Positions 1 through 14,074 of a DNA stretch of 64,000 nucleotides are shown in pieces. How positions within the stretch are numbered: position 1 is the stretch's first letter; each line of letters opens with the position of its first letter. The notes under the pieces were generated by a model. That model was not told the DNA's origin. It ran no database searches and saw only the letters and a program-made list of their open reading frames with translations. The position numbers and the translations under genes were made by a program. This DNA is from Octopus bimaculoides. Its lineage: Eukaryota. The stretch lies in contig NC_068998.1 of assembly GCF_001194135.2 (NCBI RefSeq), forward strand, positions 39,888,422 through 39,952,421. Direction: 5' to 3'.

Positions 1-197
1 GCAAGTTTGCTGCCCTGCTAAATAATAACAACAACTTTATCAAAGCAGTTGCCTAATTTGATAATAATAAGCTGTCAAATGAAATATCTTCCAGTATTTA
101 GTTCTGTCTGTTGTGATTTTCCAAGTTTATATCTCATAGGTATCAGTAAGTTCAGTTGCTTTGAGAGATAAAGTAGCTAACATTTTGGGTCTTTGTC

Positions 198-240
<43 letters not shown>

Positions 241-1494
241 GTTATTGTTTTGGTTGTGGGCAAAATAACAGACGGGCAAAATAACAGACAGGCAAATTAA
301 AGAGCCACTACATGGTAGTCTGATATACTAGAAACATTAACTAAATCCTTAAAAAATCACAACCTAGTGTTTGAAAATAAGGCAAGAATACAATAAATGT
401 CCCCAAAGAAGACAGGATGATCATGGCTGGAACTCCTTTGAAACAGAACTGATCTGGGGCTAAACAACAACATACATAAATATCAGACATTCACTGGGGT
501 CAATTTAATCCACTGTATTCTACTATATATTTCTGGTTTTGTGCCAATGTGGAAAATTACTATTTTAGTTATATTAGCAAAAAACAAAAAAAACAAAACA
601 AAACAAAAAAACAAACAAGCAAAAAAAAAACAATTAATATTATTACTATTATTATTACTTAAAGAAATCATTATTATTACTAATGTTGTTGTTCTTGTTA
701 TGTCACTATTATTAATTCAAATTTTTATTTTACGTGATTTCATCCAATCTATTTCCAATTCCATTGAGAAGCGTTATCTGTTTTTCTCTTCCACCCCCAC
801 ATCACCCCCATACACATTCCCGCCCCTCCCATCCTCCTACTCTCTCTCTCTCTCTCATACATTTTGCTCCTCTATCCACACCTCCACTCTCTGCAATGAG
901 TCTTTTAGTTTTCATTCCCCACTTCAAAATTGCCTGGAAAGTTTTCATTTATAGTTCTACTGCAGTGCAAGAGGCCCCCCACCATCACCACAACCACATA
1001 TGCACACACACATATATATAATACATGCACAAAGCAAGCTCATACACAGACAATACAACTCAGCATATATAAATATAATACCAGCTCTTCTCATTCATAC
1101 TTCACACACAGACGCATACACACACCTACAAATCAGAGACACCCATCTATAAAAATACACGTGCATACACAAAGACAGAAAGGGGAGAAGAGAGGCAAAT
1201 GCAGAGAGATAGAGAGAGAGAAAGAGACAGACAAACGCACAGGCACACAAACATAGACACACAACTGCAAATACATGTGCACATACATGCGCATGCACAC
1301 ACACACACACACACACAGAGTGAATGTGTGTGACATGGAGAGTCAGAGAAACAAAGAAATCATTAATTTTTCATTAAGTTTAGACAATGATTGAAGAAGC
1401 TATTTTGCTGCATCAAGAGATACTAAATTTACCCCAACATATCAATATCCTGGCATTCTTGTCTGATAATAACCAAACTTAGGAACCACACGAC

Positions 1495-1880
1495 ATCACT
1501 CCAGCCTCATAACACTCCAGCTTCACAATATTCCAAACACTTCTGCCTCGCAACACACCAATACTTCAAGCTCACTCCCACTCACTGCTCCAGCCTCATG
1601 CCCAATTCCTTCCCATCACTCCAGTCTCATAATACTTCTTAACACACAAGACTCACAATACCCCGCAACACATCAGCCTTTACAACAACAGACCTCGACA
1701 CTTCAGCCTCACAAGAGACTCTAACAAACCAGCACCACAATACTCCTCAATCTCCCACTCACGCACCAGACTGTCCCCCCCCCACCACCACCACAGACTA
1801 GCCTCACTAAAGACTCCAATACATCAGCCTCAAAACACACCTCAACTCTCCAGCTGCACAATATCTTTCAATACTCCAAC
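1495..1880. repeat. Degenerate C/A-rich short-period repeat
   Basis: Recurrent ccagcctcac/aatact/actcc motifs about 20-25 bp apart. Confidence 0.6.
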
Positions 1881-2167
1881 CTCACAACATCTACAACACT
1901 CAATCAAGAAAAAGTAAAGGCTTGGAAGTAAAACATTATGCAGGGAAAAATATACAAAGCAAGAATATAGGTGCAAGTATGGCTGTGTGATTAGAAAGCT
2001 CACTTTGCAACCACCTTCTCTTGAGTTCAGTTTCACTATATGGCACCATGTGAGTGAATTTGGTGGATGGAAACGGAGTGGAACTCCATTGTATGTATGC
2101 ATATATAAATTATACATACATATATATATCTTATACATGTATTATACATATATATTATACATATATA

Positions 2168-2379
2168 CATCATCATCATCATCATCGTCGTTTAACGTCC
2201 GCTTTCCATGCTAGCATGGGTTGGACGATTTGACTGAGGACTAGGGAGCCAAGAGGCGACACCAGGCACCAATCTGATTTGGCAGAGTTTCTACAGCTGG
2301 ATGCCCTCCCTAACGCCAACAACTCCAAGAGTGTAGTGGGTGCCTTTACGTGCCACCGGCACGAGGACCAGTCAGGCGG
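2168..2379 (-). mobile_element. Short retroposon family A with (GAT)n tail (probably an RTE 3' end or RTE-mobilised SINE)
   Basis: Reverse complement of ..ggcgttagggagggcatccagctgtagaaactctgcc..catgctagcatggaaagcggacgttaaacgacgatgatg. Confidence 0.85.
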
Positions 2380-4564
2380 GAAAGTTACTTCGCAATGAGT
2401 AATTTCCCTTCTCCATGTAACCCAGGAACAGCTGTTTTCTGCCCCCAGCGAGCCCGTTACTCACTATGTGAAAAATTTTAAGAGTCTAANNNNNNNNNNN
2501 NNNNNNNNNNNNNNNNNNNNNNNNNNNNNNNNNNNNNNNNNNNNNNNNNNNNNNNNNNNNNNNNNNNNNNNNNNNNNNNNNNNNNNNNNNNNNNNNNNNN
2601 NNNNNNNNNNNNNNNNNNNNNNNNNNNNNNNNNNNNNNNNNNNNNNNNNNNNNNNNNNNNNNNNNNNNNNNNNNNNNNNNNTATATATATATATATATGA
2701 TAGGCTTCTTTCAGTTTCCATCTAGAAAATCACTCACAAGGCTTTCGTCAGCCTGAGGCTATAGTAGAAGACACTTGCCCAAGGTACCATGCAATGGGAC
2801 TGAACCTGGGACCATGTGGTCGGTAAGCAAGCTATTTACCACATAGCCACTCCTGTGCCTATAAGCTACTCCTATATATTATATATCATGGTATGATATG
2901 TCACAAACTTGGAGAGTGGCTGCATGACTTTCTAAAACCACCATTATCAGTATTACCTATTAACGACCTGTAAATGTATGCTGATTCTGAAAGTTCATGC
3001 AAAAGATATCTCAGTGATAGTGCTATAACAGCAAAGCAGATTCTTGCTTCTTCGGTGCACATTTCTAAGATGGCAAACACAAAGATATGTCTCTGGAACA
3101 CTTATGAACATCATCAGCATTGACATCATCATCATCATCACACACAATCTTAATTACCTTGATGTTATAGGTCTGAGGCCTGACAGCGATGTAAGAAATC
3201 AACACATGAAAGATTTAATTATAGACATATGTCAACACTCTACCCCTCCCTCTTGCCATCACCCCATCTTCTCATTTTCATCTTTGATATTTCTCTACCT
3301 CCTCATTATATATTTGATAGAAGAAGTATTATACTAATGACCAACGAAACCCAATACCTAATGAAAATAAATATAAAATAAGACAATGATGATGATGTTG
3401 ATAATGTAATTCACAAAAAATGTTGGTAATATATTAGAAAAAAGAGATTAAAAAATACCAAACAAACTGAAAGGTTGTTCTGCTTCAGTTTTTGTCAAGA
3501 GTTGAACTTTTCAACTCTTAAAACATTAGAAAAACAAATCATAATCATATATAATTGCTAGTGAACAAAACACACACACACACACACACACATGCATGCA
3601 TGTGTGCGTTAGCAGCTACAGAAACACATTTGGTTACTGGGAGGCTTATGTGTCTCACACAGGGCAGCCAGGGGTGGCAGTAATCAATGATGGTCTGAAT
3701 ACAGCTGGAAACACTTACTCAAAGGATGGGGAGAACACATGCATCTGCCACTGAGTTTGGACGAGCAAGTTAGAGAGTGATTATCTCATTACTATTTCTG
3801 CAAACAAAATAAATGAATGCAATGCTTCATTGATGAGGCCAGAATAATATAGAAGCATGTCTAAAGTTATCTCCTCTCGTCTACTCATTAAAAATATGAT
3901 AATAATATTAGTCATTGACTAATATTGGTATTCCTTTTTTTTACTTCACAATATTAATTATTTCTAATTAACTTTTTCATGTTCACTGCATTAAATTAAA
4001 TGCACTCATGCATCTAAAATGCATGCATAATTTTGATATTCATTTCTTTTTTTACCATAAAACTTTCAAGCTGATGGAGTTCCATGACAGTTTTAGTTCC
4101 TTTTTCAGTGAACTATGAAATGAAAAAGATTGAAAAGAGAAGAAAAAAGAAAAATCACCAGTTTATCCAACAGTGAATGAAACAATGGTACCAATCCAAC
4201 ACCTCAAACCTGTAGACAGCTTACTTTCCTAACAATCACATTAATCAGATATGATTAATTTCATTATTGTGACAAAACTGTCAGTGTTGGAAAGAATGCT
4301 TTGCAGTATTTGTTCCAACTCTTCACGTTCTGAGCTCAAATCCTGTCAGAGTCAACTCTGCCTTTTATCTTTTCAGGGTTGATAAAATAAGCACTGGTAA
4401 AGCACTAGGGCTAATAGCAACAACTAACCTCCTTCCATAAAAATTGCTGGCCTTGTATCTAAATAAGAAAGCATTATTTATTATTATTGAAGGCGTTGCA
4501 CAGTATCCAATATTGTGATGTTGTGATTGAAGATACTGTGTCTACTGGGGGTTATACCGTCTGT

Positions 4565-4790
4565 CAAGTAGCAACAAGGACCTCAGACAGACAGACTACT
4601 TTACACAATATGTGTGCAATTCCAAGTAATGCCAATTTTTGCAATACACCTAGATTGTAGGGCATTTCTAAAGTTTCCAGACGTTTCTTCAGGTTGGGTG
4701 GTATTGAACCCAATTCTCCAATGGCAACAGAGACAACCTTTAGGGACAACAGGGACAACCTTCTCGTAACTGCCACATCTTGACAATCTC
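4565..4790 (-). mobile_element. RLE-type non-LTR retrotransposon C-terminal fragment
   Basis: KVVSVAIGELGSIPPNLKKRLETLEMPYNLGVLQKLALLGIAHILCKV resembles the conserved V.P.V.GALG..LQK.ALLGTA.ILR terminus of R4/Dong-like ORFs. Confidence 0.75.
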
Positions 4791-5031
4791 AATTCTCAGG
4801 TCTCCATATTTATCAATCTTTTCTCTTTCTTTCATGATAATATGTTGATCTCCTGGTACTGCCATGTCTATTATTAGGCACTCTTGTTTGTCCCTCCTAA
4901 AGGTTACTATATCCAGCCTTCAGATATAGTAACCTTTGTCTGTGTGGAAGTCAAAGTCCCAGAGGATTTTTGCCTTCCCCTTTCCATCCATTACCTTTTC
5001 TGGTGTATGTTGTTACCAAACACCCGTTACC

Positions 5032-5079
<48 letters not shown>

Positions 5080-5164
5080 TTTGTTGCTTATTGCTGTAAT
5101 GTCATTTTAATCTTAGTTTATTGCAAATTTGGATTAGTTCATTTTTAGTGCTGCATGAATATGG

Positions 5165-5575
5165 AACCCTTTTTTTTATATCAACCTTCATAAGACAACC
5201 CCTGGTTCTATGATACAAACCCCTTGCTTTAAAATAATCTAAATTAAAGCTTTCTGTCAAAATTCTACGATAAGTTATGTCCTAAACTCTAGTCTAACAA
5301 TGAGAAAGTTATTTTGCTGCATTTTTTTCAAAACCAATTTAACCTTTCTGTTACCATATTTCTAGTGAAATATACTGTCTTTGTTTCAAGTATTCTTAAT
5401 TATTTGAAAATAATTAAGAATTTAGTAAAATAATTTTGCCATTATTAAGCTGGTGTTTGGAACATAAATTAACATAGGATTTTGATGGAATGAATATAAT
5501 TTAGGTTATTTTATCATGGAATTTATATCATAGAACTAGGAGTGGTCTCATGCAGGTTGGTATCAAAAGGGTTAA
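5165..5575. mobile_element. Inverted dimer of TTAA-flanked MITE family 2
   Basis: A partial + copy at 5167 to about 5335 is followed by a complete - copy at 5343-5571 with TTAA at 5339-5342 and 5572-5575. Confidence 0.75.
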
Positions 5576-6940
5576 ACAAAGGCCATGTATTTCAACAGAA
5601 AAGGGGGCTTAAAAATCTTTTTCTCTCTGATGAACAGCTTCCTTGAAACCTCGTTATTTGCATCTCTCCAGCATACACAAACTTATATAAATTTCCAAAC
5701 TTTGTAAAATAATTTTTTCTGACCCAAACCACCACTAGTTCTTTAGACTGCTTTTTGTTTTATATCTATTTTTCAAAATTTTTTTTTAATAAACTGAGAC
5801 ACACACAACTTGTTTGTAATGAATTATTTCAGTATATTAGAACAATTCTTTAAGCAATTTTATAGTTTATTTATTCTCAAAAATAACAATGATAAAAAAA
5901 TATTTATTGGTTGATTTGAATGTCAAACCCTGCTTATTTCTTAGCTGCAGTTATACATTTCTGAACTTATAATAACGAATCTGCTATTGTTTACATTTAA
6001 CAATTTATTTTAGATATTTCATTTCATGATTAGAGCTTATTAAGGCTACAATGTTGACTAGCATTCATTCTAGTGGTTTTCATTAGAGTTCTTTGAATAT
6101 ATTTAAATAATAATGCTTCCAGAGAAAAACTAAAAAGATTTTACCACTATTGTTCTCTTGTCTTATTTAAAAAAAAAAATTATTTCTACCATCATGGTCA
6201 CATGGTTAAAAAGTAACCACACGATTCCTAGTTCAATCCTACTAGGCAGCACTTTGGGCATGGAACTTCTATCATGGCTTTGAGTCAACCAAAGCATTCT
6301 GAGCAAAATTTGTGCAGAATCTCATTGGTTGTGCGTAGGTGTGTGTGCGTCAATGAGGGACGAAGGAAACCAATGTCAAGCAATCACTATTTTGTTCTAT
6401 TTTTTCCAAAGTTATGTCCCTACATGCTAAGGTCAACTTTGCCTTTTCTATCTTATGTACCAGACAAGAACTGGGAGTGATATAATCTGACTAAAATCTT
6501 GATAGCTGGTGCCCCAGCATAAGTCATACTCCTAGTAACAGACACACACACACACACACACACACATGCACAAGTAAAAGAATAAAAGCATATATCATCA
6601 TGGTTATTGTTTGCTGATGACTGCCTTGGAATATCTTCATATGGTAAAGAGAATACAGATAATATAAGAGTTTGTATGGTGGAAGGTTTATCACTTTTGT
6701 TACTGTGGTTGTTGGATTACTTCCAAAATATCCTATGTGAATAATAGCTTCTCACTAATGATAACAGAACTTGGAGATTTTATATTTCATGAGGTTCACA
6801 CTGATTGGCTAACTTTATTCTCTCCATATTTAAATTGTAAATTATTCATTCTTGTTTCAAGGGCCATTGGCATCATGCCAGCTCTATTTCAATTTAAACA
6901 ATGATATTCACTGCCCCAAAGAGAGAAAATCAAAACTCCT

Positions 6941-7138
6941 ATTGAATGGAGTTTGAGGCCAGGTTTCACAACTCAGTTTTAATCATTTTCCTTATGTTGT
7001 TATGGTTCCTGTGAAGAAAATGGTAATCACTGAATCTTATTGAGTGGAGTTTGAGACCAGGTTTCACAACCCATTTATAAACATTTTCCCTATGTTGTTA
7101 TGGTCCTTGTTAAAAAAATGAAAACCACTGAATCTTAT
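6941..7138. repeat. Tandem duplication, 2 x about 98 bp, diverged
   Basis: attga.tggagtttgag.ccaggtttcacaac..ttttcc.tatgttgttatgg..cactgaatcttatt starts at 6941 and again at 7039. Confidence 0.9.
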
Positions 7139-7629
7139 TACCTACATCAATTATAATTCTGAAGCCGTGTAGTTATGAAAAAGAACCAAGATTTAAAACA
7201 CAATTCATTGATAGTAGTAGCTAGAGCCTCTGTATGTTAGAGATACCAGTCCAAGACTATACAAAAAGACAGGATGATCATCTTAGATGAGGAAGACACA
7301 TTGGACAATGTAGTTTTAGATACACAAAAAGACAGAATGGTCACCATTGGAAAGCCTTTGATCAAAGGCCTGCTGGATTAGGATTGATCTGGGGCTAAAT
7401 TACAACAAACAAATAAGCACATAGGTGAATGAGGAGACTTCTACATGGTTGATTAACTTGCTAGAAATAGCAACCAAATTTCTTCAAATCAGCCACTACC
7501 ATCTTAAACCAGGTGTGGGTATTTTTGTGTAATGTAGTAACTATAATAATCAATGGTGAACATAAACAGTGTAGTCCAGATGGATAGAAAGATGGGATGG
7601 TCATGGACGAAACAACTTTGATTATAACT

Positions 7630-7844
7630 TTAACCCTGTAGCATTCAGTTTATTCTGTCAAATATAATGCTTATTTATTCACATTATTTCGAATTAGTTA
7701 TCTCATAGCTTGAAGATTTCAATGATGCATTGCTATTTTTAGTTGACATTGTAAGGTAAATGTGAAAGGCCAGATCTAGTCAGTTTGCACATAAAACAAG
7801 AATATTTGGGCCAGATATGGCTGGTTTAAATGCTAAAGTGTTAA
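7630..7844 (+). mobile_element. TTAA-flanked MITE (piggyBac-like), family 1
   Basis: TTAA-CCCTGTAGCATT ... AATGCTAAAGTG-TTAA, i.e. imperfect TIRs with a TTAA target duplication. Confidence 0.8.
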
Positions 7845-8197
7845 AGCTAAACAACAACAAAACAACACAGATGACTAAGTTGATATGGTATCAAAACATA
7901 CAGCTGTTAGGTGGTCAGTTAATTCATATCTTGTCACCAGACCTCCAAAGTATCCTTGGTTAAGATGTAACAAGTAATGTGATAAAACAGGAGACATTCA
8001 CTGGCTTGCAGCACTGAGTTCAATTCCTGCCATAGAAAAAGTTCATGCATTCATTTAATATCTATTCTTCTTTGCTAACATATGTCCCTGCTGTAGCCAA
8101 TCGTCAACTAGTTTTCAGGTAAGGGATTTTTTATATTCTGTAGGTCTTTGATACTTTATTACAGCTACTTGTACACAGTAACAAACAAAATACCAAG

Positions 8198-8238
<41 letters not shown>

Positions 8239-9814
8239 TGTTATATTATAATCCTGAGTCAAACAAAACTTCATGAATTGAATTGTTAGATAGAAACTGA
8301 AAAAAACTCCATTGTGTGCATTTACCTGATAATGATGTATTAGTGTGTGTGTATGTGTGTGTGTTAGCATATTTTCATTTTGACACGGCACAATAGTTGT
8401 AAATGAGTGTCACTGTCACACAAGCAGTGCTGTTCATTTCCAATCTTCTATGAAACATGTTTGGCCATGGGAAAATATTACTTAGATGGAAACAAGTGAA
8501 GGATGGTGACAAGCAGGGCATCTGACCAAAGAAAATTTGCCTCAACAATTTCCACCTGACCCATGCAAGCACTGGAAAGTGTATTTTAAAATAATGATGG
8601 TGGCATACATTGGGCTCATTACAGATTCCAACTACTAAATTCACTTATAGTACATTGGTTGGCCCAAGGCAATAGTAGAAGACATGACACATGATACCAT
8701 ATAGTAGGATCAGATCTGAAACCACATATTTGCGAAGTGAGCTTCTAAAACATAGAAAATGTTGTATCGGTGAAATGAGACGCACTGCAGACCCATTATC
8801 CAGCAGTGGGTGAATTTTTACATGTAAGTGTAGGTGTGGCTGTGTGGAAGAAGATTGCTTCCCAACTACATGACACTGGGTTCAGCCACACTACGTGACA
8901 CCTGGGGCAAGTGTCTTCTACTGTACCTCTAGACTGATCAGAGCCTTGTGAGTGAATTTGGTAGATAAGAACTGATTTAAGCTCATCATGTGTGTGTGTG
9001 TGAGTGTATATGTATTTGTGTGTCTTTATCAGGGCATTACATGGTAGCAGTAAAAAGATTGTCAGTGTTGCACAGGCAGTGTCATTCATTTCTAATAGTC
9101 TGCATGAACATGTCTTGCCATGGGGAAATATTACCTTGCTTGTTAACAGGTGAGGGTTGGCAACAGGAAAGGCATGTGGCCATAGAAAATCTGCCTCAGT
9201 AACTTCTGTTTGAACCATGCATGCATGGAAAAATGGACATTAAAATTGCGATGATGATGACCTCTGCTTACTATGACAGCGGACCATTGAGGGACTGTGC
9301 AACAAGAGATTTATCACATACAGATGCCAAAGAGAATGGGCATTCACCTACAGACATTAACACCAGATAATATAATATCCTTTAACTCTCTTATAAACCT
9401 GTGGCTCTTTACTCCTTGGAAGAACAAAAATCAATATTTCAAGCCTCAACAAACAACAATTACATTTATGCAAACACAAGATTTGTGAATATCGGCACAA
9501 CTTCTATTTATAATTTCCACCTATTTCTATTGCCAATCTTTCTACTGTAAAACAAAACAAAATAAAACAAAACAAAACAAAAAAAAAAAAANNNNNNNNN
9601 NAAAAAAAAAAAAAAAAAAAGAACACAAATGAAAAAATCTAAAGAAATGGCTAACCCACCCCACACTGCCCAATATCCCCGGATCAAACTTTACGACGTG
9701 CCTTCTTTCTCCATCACATAGCGTACATATCATGGCATTTGCTTCCACATATATTGACAGACGTGATATTAATATTTGATTTGTGTATTTGTGTGTAGGT
9801 GTGGGCATGTGCAC

Positions 9815-9855
<41 letters not shown>

Positions 9856-11097
9856 GTTGAAGATTTGTGATATTGAATCTACCTGTAAAAGCAGCAGCAG
9901 CAGTAACAATAGCAGCAATGAAAATAACAAAACAACAAAAACCACAATGAAAGAAAATAATATAGTAAACATTTGTTTCTAATTATAGCTTTTGTGTTTG
10001 CTGCACCTCACAACAAATTTAATTTCAATTACTGAAAAGTCTCCCTAGACAATAATATTTCCAGTCGCTTCTTTATTTGATTACATATATGGGTAAGGTG
10101 GCAGGGAGAGGTGCATACACATATATATGTGAATGTACACATATGAGCATATATACACACACACACACACACACATGTGCACGCATGTACAGACATGCAT
10201 ATATAATACAGAACAAACACACACAAATATCATATAGAACACACATATACAAGGCATATATATATGCATATATAACCCCGAAATGTGTGTAACAAAGGAC
10301 AAATGCATATATAGCACAACCACATATATAACAGGGGACAACACAGATACATAATGAATGTATTTGCATGTGCATTTAGGTTACATAGCCACAGAAACCA
10401 TGCCAAACATGGAATGGATGCATGAGATATGGACTCTATATGCTCCATCAAAGGCAACCTTTTTAGAAGCACAGTAACTCCACACAAGAATCATCATCAT
10501 CTTCATTTAATGTCCATTTTCCATACTGGACGTACTGGACAGCTGAAGAGCTGTCTGGGCTCCAAGTCTGTTTTGGCATGGTTTCTATGACTAGATGCCC
10601 TTCCTAACACCAGCCACTTTACAGAGAGTACTGGGTGCTTTTACAGAGCACTGGTAAGAGTGTGTTTATGTGGCACCAGCACCTACAAGTCCAGAAGATT
10701 AGAAATGCTCAGCTGAAGAGGGATGCATGAGACACGCGTGTATGTAAGGACAACCTTGATTCTACTTAGCCTGATGTTTCTTCTCAAATACAGCAAACCG
10801 CAGGGAGTCGTGGTGCTGTCATCCTTTCTGTGAAACCTGGTTTTTGGCACAGCCGTTTTGGCCTCCGCCTATTTGATGCTGTTGATGTGATGCTGACTTA
10901 TTTGACATCAGATGTTTTAATATTTCTTTTGTTCTCTCTCTCTCGCCTTCACTCTGTTTATGTGTGTGAGTTATATTTCTCTTCATGTGTATGAAAAGTG
11001 GGAAAGTGTTTTTGTAAATTGTGTTCAATTAATGAATTGTAATGTCTCTCATTCTCTCTCTCTCTCTCTCTGTATATATATATATAATTCGAAGCAC

Positions 11098-11147
<50 letters not shown>

Positions 11148-11828
11148 ACCTCTAGTGCCAAGAACTACTCTGTCGCTGAAATATGTTTGATGTCCAGTCA
11201 GCCATACCAAATTGTCAGCATCCAAACAATTGTGCCCATTCATCTCATTTTGAAGACCAACTCATGGTATAAGGGACACTTTAGTCCTTTGCACATGGGA
11301 CAACCACTTTAGCACATGTGGTATAATAAAATACACCTTGTAAACTCTGTACAGTAATTGGAGATTGGAAGTGTTTCACAGCTGTATCAAAATGAACTCT
11401 GCAAGACACACCACACACCGTCCAGGATGGCAGTAACTCAGAATGAGAGCTGAGACAAAATAGAGAGTATTCGTGAGTACTCCTCAAAGGATAATAACCA
11501 CTCTAGTGTTTATGCTGTAAGATAGATACAAGAACAAAGTCGGATAGTTTTCGCTGTTTTTGTATGTACAAGATAATGGAAACTGTAAGACACATACAAC
11601 CCATATCTGTGTTGAAAATCAGACATAACATCATGATGATGGCAAAGTATGTGCATTTACACAAACGCACATCTATATGTGTGTTGTCCTCTGGTTTGTT
11701 CGACTCTGGTGAACCATACAACCCATACCAGTATTGAAAACAGACTTAATAATGATGATGATAATAATGTTGATATATAGTGTGTATGCATGTGTGTGTG
11801 CATTTGTGTGTATATGTGTGCGTGTGTG

Positions 11829-11899
11829 TAGCCTCGGGCCGACCAAAGCCTTGAGTAGATTTGGTAGACGGAAACTGAAAGAAACCCGTCGTATATATG

Positions 11900-11930
<31 letters not shown>

Positions 11931-12132
11931 TTGTGTGTCTGTGTTTGTCCCCCCATCATCGCTTGACAACTGATGCTGGTGTGTTTATGTCCCTGTAACT
12001 TAGCGGTTCAGCAAAAGAGACCGATAGAATAAGTACTAGGCATTCAAAGAATAAGTCCTGGGGTCGATTTGCTCGACTAAAAGGTGGTGCTCCAGCATGG
12101 TCACAGTCAAAAGACTGAAACAAATAAAAGAG
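11829..12132 (+). mobile_element. Composite SINE family C copy, 5'-truncated
   Basis: gcctcgggccgaccaaagccttgagtagatttggtagacggaaactgaaagaaacccgtcg-(TA)n-gtgtctgtgtttgtccccc..gactgaaacaaataaaag. Confidence 0.85.
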
Positions 12133-13999
12133 TGTATATATATATATATATATATAGTGTGTGTGTGTATATATATATGCACACACACTCGCATGTAAAT
12201 TTATGCATATAAAATTACTCAGTCATATTTTGTATTTTTAAGTGTTTGTCCCTCACTTTTTCAAAACTAAATATCATTTATTAGATTAAGCTGAAAATGT
12301 TGTTCTCGATTGACATACTAGAAATAACTTGAAAAGAACATTTAGAACGATGATGATGATGCTGCTGCTGATAATAATAATAATAATAATACCAATGGCA
12401 ATAATAACAATAACAAGATGGTGGAAAAGTGCATAATAATAATGATATTAATATGAATAATAATAGTGCACACGCATGCACACACACACACAAGCACACA
12501 CATATAAAAGAAAAAGGAATAATTAAATAATCCTAGATGTGAAAATAAGGTGAGTGAAAAGCAGTTATACTGGAGAAATAGAGGTTAAAATAAGATGCAG
12601 ATTGCAAATTAGTTTAACCCTGCCACCAGACCCCTTAGATGTCCTTAGAGTCCAGTCTGCTGCTAGAATTCAGTCCAAGTCTCTGGTCTGGAGATAACTC
12701 TGTTACTTGACACTACTTTCTGCTACAGTAATAAATGAAAGAGTTTCTATGTTGTTATTCTAGACGCTAGAAATAACAACCAAATTTCACTCAGATTACA
12801 CTGTAGTTTCTTAAAAATGGAGATAATACTGACGAGGAAAAAGGACATGACAGTCATCACTGGGAAGCCTTTTATCTCCAAGTTTACTCTAACAATACTT
12901 GTCATGGGTTCTTCCTTATTCTTTTACCCCTCCCCACCAACCTCACAACCACAATTCCTCCTCCACCTCATAGGCTCTTCAAAAGGTCACTGGTATTGAC
13001 TTTCATCTTTTGACAAGGCCAAATCTTAAAATGTAAATTACCAGAATCATTAACACATTGGACAAATGACTTGCATTATACAGTTACAGCCCTTTCTTTA
13101 CATTGTGAGTTCAAATCCTGCACAGGTCAACTTTGCTTTTCACCCTTCTGGCATCATAGAAACAAAGCACAAGTATTGGGTTGATTGATATTTATAAACA
13201 GATTGTAGATGTGAATGGAATTACAATACAAAATCCTAAACAGCACTGACAAAATGAAATAACACAATGCTTGGAATTATAAACTGCCTGTCAGTACAAC
13301 CAGTTTTGGCAGTAGCAGCAGCATTTTCATGATTTTATGCCTGCTCTCAATGGTGGCATGGGATGGACAGATCATTGCTGGTTTCCCAGAGTGGTTGAAG
13401 AACCACATCTCATTCATAAGTTTCAATTTTGGCTTGACTTCTATGACTAGATTTCTTTCTTAACACCAACTGCATTACACTATGTACTGAGTACATTTTT
13501 CATGGCACCAGCAGTGGAGAGGATAGGGTTGAGAGAGTGATGGCTAGCAAGAGGTGGGTAAATGGTGAGCGTGAATGGTGAGTGCAGTAAATGATTCTAT
13601 TGAGAAAACTAAATGATGTAAGAGCATTGGTGAACACCGTGTCCCTGAAGGGAGAGAGAGAGAGAGATTATATTGAGGGTGAAAGGTCTCAGCACAGTTC
13701 TACACAGTCACAGAGGTGGAAGGGTTATAATTAACTCAAAAAGTGTTGCAGGTGACTCTTTAGCCTCAGAGAAGCAACACAACAGAGTGATGAAGTGAGA
13801 GAGGTGACACAGTGAAGTAAGAGCAGTAACATAGTGGAGTAAGAGAATAAATACAGTACAGTGAAAGAGGTAACAAATCAGACAGAGATCAGTACATGCA
13901 GTACATCTTAGCCTTAGATCACTGAGCTGTAAACTTATTACAGAGTGCGTGAGATTCAGTAGGGTATGGGTTCGTATATAGAAAGATACAGATACTTAC

Positions 14000-14074
14000 A
14001 TGTCCATCATCAGAACAGCTGGCAATGTAGTCCCCACTATCATCAATACTGATTTGGTTTACAGTGTTATTGTG
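14000..14074 (-). CDS. VPS41: VPS41 coding exon: HNNTVNQISIDDSGDYIASCSDDGH
   Basis: 75 nt, acceptor ttctctattttacag, donor CAT|gtaagt. Matches human SPVKINQISLDESGEHMGVCSEDGK (recalled; WD40-like) and continues in frame from the 45938-46015 exon. Confidence 0.93.

Noticed and set aside
5627-5655. Hammerhead-like CTGATGA..GAAAC..GT
   Set aside because: Stem II and stem I do not pair and the triplet would be GUU; likely chance.
1-13999. Next VPS41 exon (GLY..FD.P.K-like, about 63 nt)
   Set aside because: No match next to the minus-strand donor motifs I inspected. It may lie beyond position 1, in the 2490-2681 gap, or have been missed by eye.
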